A stretch of DNA of 64,000 bases from the NCBI GenBank assembly GCA_964016885.1, contig OZ024743.1:134168001-134232000 (forward strand). The letters run 5' to 3'. This DNA is from Eledone cirrhosa. Lineage: Eukaryota. The translations under genes were made by a program, and so were the position numbers. The notes beneath the pieces were generated by a model that had not been told where the DNA came from, did no database searches, and saw only the letters and a program-made list of their open reading frames with translations. The number at the start of each line of letters is the position of its first letter. Positions within the stretch are counted from its first letter, which is position 1. Below, piece by piece: positions 1-9,929 of this stretch.

Positions 1-2117
1 TGGTGTTTGGTGCTTGGTGTTTGGTGCTTGGTGCTTGGTGTTTGGTGGTTGGTGCTTGGTGCTTGGTGTTAGGTGTTTGGTGCTTGGTGCTTGGTGTCTG
101 GTTTTTGGTGCTTGGTGCTTGGTGTTTGGTGCTTGTTGCTGGCTGCTTGGTGTTTGGTGCTTGGTGATTGGTGCTTGGTGTTTGGTGCTTGGTGTTTGGT
201 GTTTGGTGCTTGGTGTTTGTACTTGGTGTTTGGTGCTTGGTGTTTGGTGCTAGGTGCTTGGTGTTTGGTGCTTGGTGCTTGGTGTTTGGTGCCTGGTGCT
301 TGGTGTTTGGTGTTTGGTGTTTGGTGCTTGGTGCTTGGTGTTTGGTGTTTGCTGTTTGCTGTTTGGTGTTTGTTGTTTGGTGTTTGTTGTTTGGTGTTTG
401 CTGTTTGGTGTTTGGTATTTGCTTTTTGGTGTTTGGTGTTTGATGTATGTTGTTTGCTGTTTGGTGTTTGGTGTTTGGTGTTTGGTGCTTGGTGCTTGGT
501 GTTTGGTGCTTGGTGCTTGGTGTTTGGTGTTTGGTGCTTGGTGCTTGGAGTTTGGTGTTTGGTGCTTGGTGCTTGGTGTTTCGTGTTTCGTGTTTGGTTT
601 TTGGTGCTTGGTGCTTGGTGCTTGGTCCTTGGTGTTTGGTGCTGGGTGCATTGTGTTTGGTGCTTGGCGCTTGGTGCTTGGTGCTTGGTGTTTGGTGTTT
701 GCTGCTTGGTGTTTGATGCTTGGTGCTTGGTGCTTGGTGTTTTACGCTTGGTGCTTGGTGCTTGGTGTTTGGTGCTTGGTGCTTGGTGCTTGGTGTTTGT
801 ACTTGGTGCTTGGTGATTGGTGTTTGGTTCTTGGTTCTTGGTGTTTGGTGTTTGGCGTTTGGTGTTTGGTGCTTGGTGCTTGGTGTTTGGTGCTTGGTGC
901 TTGGTGTTTGGTGCCTGGTGCTTGGTGCTTGGTGTTTGGTGTTTGGTGCTTGGTGCTTGGTGCTTGGAGTTTGGTGTTTGGTGCTTGGTGCTTTGTGTTT
1001 TGTGTTCGGTGTTTGGTTTTTGGTGCTTGGTGCTTGGTCCTTGGTGTTTGGTGCTGGGTGCTTTGTGTTTGGTGCTTGGTGCTTGGTGTTTGGTGTTTGC
1101 TGCTTGGTGTTTGATGCTTGGTGCTTGGTGCTTGGTGTTTTGTGTTTGGTGCTTGGTTCTTGGTGTTTGGTGCTTGGTGCTTGGTACTTGGTGTTTGTAC
1201 TTGGTGCTTGGTGCTTGGTGTTTGGTTCTTGGTTCTTGGTGTTTGGTACTTGGTGCTTGGTGCTTGATGTTTGGTGTTTGGTGCTTGGTGTTTGGTGCTT
1301 GGTGCTTGGTGCTTGGTGTTAGGTGTTTGGTGCTTGGTCCTTGGTGTTTGGTGCTTGGTGTTTGGTGTTTGCTGTTTGGTGTTTGGTGTTTCGTGTTTGC
1401 TGTTTGCTGTTTGGTGTCTGCTTTTTGGTGTTTGCTGTTTGGTGTCTGCTTTTTGGTGTTTAGTGTTTGCTGTATGGTGTTTGGTGTTTGCTGTTTGGTG
1501 TTTGGTCTTTGGTGCTTGGTGTTTGGTGCTTGGTGCTTGGTGTTTGGTGTTTGGTGCTTGGTGCTTGGTGTTTGGTGTTTGGTGCTTGGTGTTTGGTGTT
1601 TGGTGCTTGGTGTCTGGTGCTTGGTGTTTGGTGTTTGGTGTTTGGTGCTTGGTGCTTGGTGTTTGGTGTTTGGTGTTTGGTGCTTGGTGTCTGGTGCTTG
1701 GTGTTTGGTGTTTGGTGCTTGGTGTTTGGTGTTTGGTGTTTGGTGCTTGGTGTCTGGTGCTTGGTGTTTGGTGTTTGGTGCTTGGTGTTTGGTGTTTGGT
1801 GTTTGGTGCTTGGTGCTTGGTGCTTGGTGTTTTGTGTTTGGTGCTTGGTGCTTGGTGTTTGGTGCTTGGTGCTGGGTGGTTGGTGTTTGGTGCTTGGTGT
1901 TTGGTGCTGGGTGCTTGGTGTTTGGTGCTGGGTGCTTGGTATTTGGTGCTTGGTGCTTGGTCTTTGGTGCTTGGTGTTTGGTGCTTGGTGCTTGGTGTTT
2001 GGTGCTTGGTGCTTGGTGTTTGGTGCTTGGTGCTTGGTGCTTGGTGTTTGGTGCTTGGTGCTTGGTGCTTGGTGTTTGGTGCTTGGTGTTTGGTGCTTGG
2101 TGTTTGGTGCTTGTTGC

Positions 2118-5100
2118 TTGGTGCTTGGTGCTTGGTGTTTGGTGGTTGGTGCTTGGTGCTTGGTGTTAGGTGTTTGGTGCTTGGTGCTTGGTGGTTGGTG
2201 TTTGGTGCTTGGTGTTTGGTGCTGGGTGCTTGGTTTTTGGTGCTGGGTGCTTGGTGTTTGGTGCTTGGTGCTTGGTGTTTGGTGCTTTGTGTTTGGTGCT
2301 TGGTGCGTGCTGCTGGCTGCTTGGTGTTTGGTGCTTGGTGATTGGTGCTTGGTGTTTGGTGCTTGGTGTTTGGTGTTTGGTGCTTGGTGATTGGTGTTTG
2401 TACTTGGTGCTTGGTACTTGGTTCTTGGTGTTTGGTGCTTGGTGCTTGGTGTTTGGTGTTATATGCTTGGTGTTTGATGCTTGGTGCTTGGTGCTTGGTG
2501 TTTGGTGTTTGGTGTTTGATGCTTGGTGCTTGGTGTTTGGTGCTTGGTGCTTGGTGTTTGTACTTGGTGCTTGGTGCTTGGTGCTTGGTGTTTGGTGCTT
2601 GGTGCTTGGTGCTTGGTGCTTGGTCCTTGGTGCTTGGTGTTTGGTGGTTGGTGTTTGGTGCTTGGTGTTAGGTGTTTGGTGCTTGGTGCTTGGTGTTTGG
2701 TGTTTGGTGCTTGGTGTTTGGTGTTTGGTGCTTGGTGTTTGGTGTTTGGTGTTTGATGCTTGGTGCTTGGTGTTTGGTGCTTGGTGCTTGGTGTTTGTAC
2801 TTGGTGCTTGGTGCTTGGTGCTTGGTGTTTGGTGCTTGGTGCTTGGTGCTTGGTGCTTGGTCCTTGGTGCTTGGTGTTTGGTGGTTGGTGTTTGGTGCTT
2901 GGTGTTAGGTGTTTGGTGCTTGGTGCTTGGTGTTTGGTGTTTGGTGCTTGGTGTTTGGTGTTTGGTGCTTGGTGTTTGGTGCTTGGTACTTGGTGCTTGG
3001 TGCTTGGTGTTAGGTGTTTGGTGCTTGGTGTTTGGTGCTTGGTGTTTGGTGCTTGGTGCTTGGTGCTTGGTGCTTGGTGTTTGGTGGTTGGTGTTTGGTG
3101 CTTGGTGTTTGGTGCTTGGTGTTTGGTGTTTGGTGCTTGGTGTTTGGTGTTTGGTGCTTGGTGTTTGGTGCTTTTTGCTTGGTGCTTGGTGCTTGGTGTT
3201 TGGTGCTGGGTGCTTGGTGCTTGGTGTTTGGTGTTATATGCTTGGTGCTTGATGCTTGGTGCTTGGTGCTTGGTGTTTGGTGTTTGGGGCTTGGTGTTTG
3301 ATGCTTGGTGCTTGGTGCTTGGTGTTTGGTGCTTGGTGCTTGGTGTTTGGTGCTTGGTGCTTGGTGTTTGGTGCTTGGTGTTTGGTGCTTGGTGCTTGGT
3401 GTTTGGTGGTTGGTGCTTGGTGCTTGGTGTTAGGTGTTTGGTGCTTGGTGCTTGGTGTCTGGTTTTTGGTGCTTGGTGCTTGGTGTTTGGTGCTTGTTGC
3501 TGGCTGCTTGGTGTTTGGTGCTTGGTGATTGGTGCTTGGTGTTTGGTGCTTGGTGTTTGGTGTTTGGTGCTTGGTGTTTGTACTTGGTGTTTGGTGCTTG
3601 GTGTTTGGTGCTAGGTGCTTGGTGTTTGGTGCTTGGTGCTTGGTGTTTGGTGCCTGGTGCTTGGTGTTTGGTGTTTGGTGTTTGGTGCTTGGTGCTTGGT
3701 GTTTGGTGTTTGCTGTTTGCTGTTTGGTGTTTGTTGTTTGGTGTTTGTTGTTTGGTGTTTGCTGTTTGGTGTTTGGTATTTGCTTTTTGGTGTTTGGTGT
3801 TTGATGTATGTTGATTGCTGTTTGGTGTTTGGTGTTTGGTGTTTGGTGCTTGGTGCTTGGTGTTTGTTGCTTGGTGCTTGGTGTTTAGTGCCTGGTGCTT
3901 GGTGCATGGTGCTTGGTGTTTGGTGTTTGGTGCTTGGTGCTTGGAGTTTGGTGTTTGGTGCTTGGTGCTTGGTGTTTCGTGTTTCGTGTTTGGTTTTTGG
4001 TGCTTGGTGCTTGGAGCTTGGTCCTTGGTGTTTGGTGCTGGGTGCATTGTGTTTGGTGCTTGGGGGCTTGGTGCTTGGTGCTTGGTGTTTGGTGGTTGGT
4101 GCTTGGTGCTTGGTGTTAGGTGTTTGGTGCTTGGTGCTTGGTGGTTGGTGTTTGGTGCTTGGTGTTTGGTGCTGGGTGCTTGGTTTTTGGTGCTGGGTGC
4201 TTGGTGTTTGGTGCTTGGTGCTTGGTGTTTGGTGCTTTGTGTTTGGTGCTTGGTGCGTGCTGCTGGCTGCTTGGTGTTTGGTGCTTGGTGATTGGTGCTT
4301 GGTGTTTGGTGCTTGGTGTTTGGTGTTTGGTGCTTGGTGATTGGTGTTTGTACTTGGTGCTTGGTACTTGGTTCTTGGTGTTTGGTGCTTGGTGCTTGGT
4401 GTTTGGTGTTATATGCTTGGTGTTTGATGCTTGGTGCTTGGTGCTTGGTGTTTGGTGTTTGGTGTTTGATGCTTGGTGCTTGGTGTTTGGTGCTTGGTGC
4501 TTGGTGTTTGTACTTGGTGCTTGGTGCTTGGTGCTTGGTGTTTGGTGCTTGGTGCTTGGTGCTTGGTGCTTGGTCCTTGGTGCTTGGTGTTTGGTGGTTG
4601 GTGTTTGGTGCTTGGTGTTAGGTGTTTGGTGCTTGGTGCTTGGTGTTTGGTGTTTGGTGCTTGGTGTTTGGTGTTTGGTGCTTGGTGTTTGGTGCTTGGT
4701 ACTTGGTGCTTGGTGCTTGGTGTTAGGTGTTTGGTGCTTGGTGTTTGGTGCTTGGTGTTTGGTGCTTGGTGCTTGGTGCTTGGTGCTTGGTGTTTGGTGG
4801 TTGGTGTTTGGTGCTTGGTGTTTGGTGCTTGGTGTTTGGTGTTTGGTGCTTGGTGTTTGGTGTTTGGTGCTTGGTGTTTGGTGCTTTTTGCTTGGTGCTT
4901 GGTGCTTGGTGTTTGGTGCTGGGTGCTTGGTGCTTGGTGTTTGGTGTTATATGCTTGGTGCTTGATGCTTGGTGCTTGGTGCTTGGTGTTTGGTGTTTGG
5001 TGCTTGGTGTTTGATGCTTGGTGCTTGGTGCTTGGTGTTTGGTGCTTGGTGCTTGGTGTTTGGTGCTTGGTGCTTGGTGTTTGGTGCTTGGTGTTTGGTG

Positions 5101-5772
5101 CTTGGTGCTTGGTGTTTGGTGGTTGGTGCTTGGTGCTTGGTGTTAGGTGTTTGGTGCTTGGTGCTTGGTGTCTGGTTTTTGGTGCTTGGTGCTTGGTGTT
5201 TGGTGCTTGTTGCTGGCTGCTTGGTGTTTGGTGCTTGGTGATTGGTGCTTGGTGTTTGGTGCTTGGTGTTTGGTGTTTGGTGCTTGGTGTTTGTACTTGG
5301 TGTTTGGTGCTTGGTGTTTGGTGCTAGGTGCTTGGTGTTTGGTGCTTGGTGCTTGGTGTTTGGTGCCTGGTGCTTGGTGTTTGGTGTTTGGTGTTTGGTG
5401 CTTGGTGCTTGGTGTTTGGTGTTTGCTGTTTGCTGTTTGGTGTTTGTTGTTTGGTGTTTGTTGTTTGGTGTTTGCTGTTTGGTGTTTGGTATTTGCTTTT
5501 TGGTGTTTGGTGTTTGATGTATGTTGATTGCTGTTTGGTGTTTGGTGTTTGGTGTTTGGTGCTTGGTGTTTGGTGTTTGGTGCTTGGTGCTTGGTGTTTA
5601 GTGCCTGGTGCTTGGTGCATGGTGCTTGGTGTTTGGTGTTTGGTGCTTGGTGCTTGGAGTTTGGTGTTTGGTGCTTGGTGCTTGGTGTTTCGTGTTTCGT
5701 GTTTGGTTTTTGGTGCTTGGTGCTTGGTGCTTGGTCCTTGGTGTTTGGTGCTGGGTGCATTGTGTTTGGTGC
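2118..5772 (+). repeat. Tandem duplication with period 1,713 bp (1,950 bp across the internal 237-bp duplication)
   Basis: ORF pairs 2170/4120 (1,950) and 2760/4473, 3014/4727, 3434/5147 (1,713). The marker GGTGCGTGCTGCTGG occurs at ~2302 and ~4252. Confidence 0.88.
2490..2965 (+). repeat. 237-bp local tandem duplication (33 heptamers plus one 6-bp unit)
   Basis: ORFs at 2523 and 2760 begin identically. TTGATGC, TTGTAC, GGTCC and TTAGG markers repeat at offset 237, and the sister copy at 4.4-4.7 kb has only one set. Confidence 0.85.
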
Positions 5773-8700
5773 TTGGCGCTTGGTGCTTGGTGCTTGGTGT
5801 TTGGTGTTTGCTGCTTGGTGTTTGATGCTTGGTGCTTGGTGCTTGGTGTTTTGCGCTTGGTGCTTGGTGCTTGGTGTTTGGTGCTTGGTGCTTGGTGCTT
5901 GGTGTTTGTACTTGGTGCTTGGTGATTGGTGTTTGGTTCTTGGTTCTTGGTGTTTGGTGTTTGGCGTTTGGTGTTTGGTGCTTGGTGCTTGGTGTTTGGT
6001 GCTTGGTGCTTGGTGTTTGGTGCCTGGTGCTTGGTGCTTGGTGTTTGGTGTTTGGTGCTTGGTGCTTGGTGCTTGGAGTTTGGTGTTTGGTGCTTGGTGC
6101 TTTGTGTTTTGTGTTTGGTGTTTGGTTTTTGGTGCTTGGTGCTTGGTGCTTGGTGTTTGGTGTTTGCTGCTTGGTGTTTGATGCTTGGTGCTTGGTGCTT
6201 GGTGTTTTGTGTTTGGTGCTTGGTTCTTGGTGTTTGGTGCTTGGTGCTTGGTACTTGGTGTTTGTACTTGGTGCTTGGTGCTTGGTGTTTGGTTCTTGGT
6301 TCTTGGTGTTTGGTACTTGGTGCTTGGTGCTTGATGTTTGGTGTTTGGTGCTTGGTGTTTGGTGCTTGGTGCTTGGTGCTTGGTGTTAGGTGTTTGGTGC
6401 TTGGTCCTTGGTGTTTGGTGGTTGGTGTTTGGTGTTTGCTGTTTGGTGTTTGGTGTTTCGTGTTTGGTGTTTGCTGTTTGGTGTCTGCTTTTTGGTGTTT
6501 GCTGTTTGGTGTCTGCTTTTTGGTGTTTAGTGTTTGCTGTATGGTGTTTGGTGTTTGCTGTTTGGTGTTTGGTCTTTGGTGCTTGGTGTTTGGTGCTTGG
6601 TGCTTGGTGTTTGGTGTTTGGTGCTTGGTGCTTGGTGTTTGGTGTTTGGTGCTTGGTGTTTGGTGTTTGGTGCTTGGTGTCTGGTGCTTGGTGTTTGGTT
6701 TTTGGTGCTTGGTGTTTGGTGTTTGGTGCTTGGTGTTTGGTGTTTGGTGTTTGGTGCTTGGTGCTTGGTGTTTGGTGTTTGGTGTTTGGTGCTTGGTGTC
6801 TGGTGCTTGGTGTTTGGTGTTTGGTGCTTGGTGTTTGGTGTTTGGTGTTTGGTGCTTGGTGTCTGGTGCTTGGTGTTTGGTGTTTGGTGCTTGGCGTTTG
6901 GTGTTTGGTGTTTGGTGCTTGGTGCTTGGTGCTTGGTGTTTTGTGTTTGGTGCTTGGTGCTTGGTGTTTGGTGCTTGGTGCTGGGTGGTTGGTGTTTGGT
7001 GCTTGGTGTTTGGTGCTGGGTGCTTGGTGTTTGGTGCTGGGTGCTTGGTATTTGGTGCTTGGTGCTTGGTCTTTGGTGCTTGGTGTTTGGTGCTTGGTGC
7101 TTGCTGTTTGGTGCTTGGTGCTTGCTGTTTGGTGCTTGGTGCTTGGTGTTTGGTTTTTGGTGCTTGGTGCTTGGTGTTTGGTGTTTGGTGCTTGCTGCTG
7201 GCTGCTTGGTGTTTGATGCATGGTGATTGGTGCTTGGTGTTTGGTGCTTGGTGTTTGGTGTTTGATGCTTGGTGCTTGGTGCTTGGTGTTTGGTGCTTGG
7301 TGCTTGGTGCTTGGTGTTTGGTGCTTGGTGTTTGGTGCTTGGTGTTTGGTGCTTCGTGCTTGGTGCTTGGTGCTTGGTGTTTGGTGGTTGGTGCTTGGTG
7401 CTTGGTGTTAGGTGTTTGGTGCTTGGTGCTTGGTGGTTGGTGTTTGGTGCTTGGTGTTTGGTGCTGGGTGCTTGGTTTTTGGTGCTGGGTGCTTGGTGTT
7501 TGGTGCTTGGTGCTTGGTGTTTGGTGCTTTGTGTTTGGTGCTTGGTGCTTGGTGCTTGGTGTTTCGTGTTTGGTGCTTGGTGTTTGGTGCTTGGTGCTTG
7601 GTGTTTGGTTTTTGGTGCTTGGTGTTTGGTGTTTGGTGTTTGGTGCTTGCTGCTGGCTGCTTGGTGTTTGATGCATGGTGATTTGTGCTTGGTGTTTGGT
7701 GCTTGGTGTTTGGTGTTTGATGCTTGGTGCTTGGTGTTTGGTGTTTGATGCTTGGTGCTTGGTGCTTGGTGTTTGGTGCTTGGTGTTTGGTGTTTGGTGC
7801 TTGGTCATTGGTGTTTCTACTTGGTGCTTGGTGCTTGGTTCTTGGTGTTTGGTGCTTGGTGCTTGGTGTTTGGTGTTATATGCTTGGTGTTTGATGCTTG
7901 GTGCTTGGTGCTTGGTGTTTGGTGTTTGGTGTTTGATGCTTGGTGCTTGGTGTTTGGTGCTTGGTGCTTGGTGTTTGTACTTGGTGCTTGGTGCTTGGTG
8001 CTTGGTCCTTGGTGCTTGGTGTTTGGTGGTTGGTGTTTGGTGGTTGGTGTTAGGTGTTTGGTGCTTGGTGCTTGGTGTTTGGTGTTTGGTGTTTGGTGTT
8101 TGGTGCTTGGTGTTTGATGCTTGGTGCTTGGTGCTTGGTGTTTGGTGCTTGGTGCTTGGTGTTTGGTGCTTGGTGCTTGGTGTTTGGTGCTTGGTGTTTG
8201 GTGCTTGGTGTTTGGTGCTTGGTGCTTGGTGCTTGGTGCTTGGTGTTTGGTGTTTGGTGCTTGGTGTTTGGTGCTTGGTACTTGGTGCTTGGTGCTTGGT
8301 GTTAGGTGTTTGGTGCTTGGTGCTTGGTGTCTGGTTTTTGGTGCTTGGTTCTTGGTGTTTGGTGCTTGCTGCTGGCTGCTTGGTGTTTGGTGCTTGGTGA
8401 TTGGTGCTTGGTGTTTGGTGTTTGGTGTTTGGTGCTAGGTGCTTGGTGTTTGGTGCTTGGTGCTTGGTGTTTGTACTTGGTGCTTGGTGCTTGGTTCTTG
8501 GTGTTTGGTGCTTCGTGCTTGGTGTTTGGTGCTTGGTGCTTGGTGTTTGGTGCTTGGTGTTTGGTGCTTGGTGTTTGGTGCTTGGTGCTTGGTGCTTGGT
8601 GTTTGGTGCTTGGTGTTTGGTGCTTGGTGTTAGGTGTTTGGTGATTGGTGCTTGGTGTTTGGTGTTTGGTGCTTGGTGTTTGGTGATTGGTGTTATATGC

Positions 8701-9929
8701 TTGGTGTTTGATGCTTGGTGCTTGGTGCTTGGTGTTTGGCGCTTGGTGTTTGATGCTTGGTGCTTGGTGCTTGGTGTTTGGTGCTTGGTGCTTGGTGTTT
8801 GTACTTGGTGCTTGGTGCTTGGTTCTTGGTGTTTGGTGCTTGGTGCTTGATGTTTGGTGCTTGGTGCTTGGTGTTTGGTGCTTGGTGTTTGGTGCTTGGT
8901 GTTTGGTGCTTGGTGCTTGGTGCTTAGTGCTTGGTGTTTGGTGCTTGGTGTTAGGTGTTTGGTGCTTGGTGCTTGGTGTTTGGTGTTTGGTGCTTGGTGT
9001 TTGGTGCTTGGTGTTTGGTGTTAGGTGTTTGGTGCTTGGTGTTTGGTGTTTGGTGCTTGGTGTTTGGTGCTTGGTGTTTGGTGCTTGGTGTTTGGTGCTT
9101 GGTACTTGGTGCTTGGTGCTTCGTGTTAGGTGTTTGGTGCTTGGTGCTTGGTGTTTGGTGTTTGGTTTTTGGTGCTTGGTGTTTGGTGTTTGGTGTTTGG
9201 TGCTTGCTGCTGGCTGCTTGGTGTTTGATGCATGGTGATTTGTGCTTGGTGCTTGGTGTTTGGTGTTTGATGCTTGGTGCTTGGTGTTTGGTGTTTGATG
9301 CTTGGTGCTTGGTGCTTGGTGTTTGGTGCTTGGTGTTTGGTGTTTGGTGCTTGGTGCTTGGTGTTTGGTGTTATATGCTTGGTGTTTGATGCTTGGTGCT
9401 TGGTGCTTGGTGTTTGGTGTTTGGTGTTTGATGCTTGGTGCTTGGTGTTTGGTGCTTGGTGCTTGGTGTTTGTACTTGGTGCTTGGTGCTTGGTGCTTGG
9501 TGTTTGGTGCTTGGTATTTGGTGCTTGGTGCTTGGTGCTTGGTCCTTGGTGCTTGGTGTTTGGTGGTTGGTGTTTGGTGGTTGGTGTTAGGTGTTTGGTG
9601 CTTGGTGCTTGGTGTTTGGTGTTTGGTGCTTGGTGTTTGGTGTTTGGTGCTTGGTGTTTGGTGCTTGGTACTTGGTGCTTCGTGCTTGGTGTTAGGTGTT
9701 TGGTGCTTGGTGTTTGGTGCTTGGTGTTTGGTGCTTGGTGCTTGGTGCTTGGTGCTTGGTGTTTGGTGGTTGGTGTTTGGTGCTTGGTGTTTGGTGCTTG
9801 GTGTTACGTGTTTGGTGCTTGGTGCTTGGTGTTTGGTGTTTGGTGCTTGGTGTTTGGTGTTTGGTGCTTGGTGTTTGGTGCTTTTTGCTTGGTGCTTGGT
9901 GCTTGGTGTTTGGTGCTGGGTGCTTGGTG

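Larger units (their letters stand above)
1..7130 (+). repeat. Older, more diverged duplication: 1-~2020 recurs at ~5075-7130 (offset 5,067-5,109), with a partial copy at offset 3,361
   Basis: ORF pairs 73/3434/5147, 254/3615/5328, 817/5926 and 1467/6534. Shared markers include GATGTATGT, TTCGTGTTTCGTG, GGGTGCATTG and GCTGTATGG. Confidence 0.8.

Noticed and set aside
7801-7807. TTGGTCA monomer identical to the cyanobacterial STRR2 heptamer
   Set aside because: It is an isolated two-substitution variant spread by block duplication, not tandem, and has no bacterial gene context.
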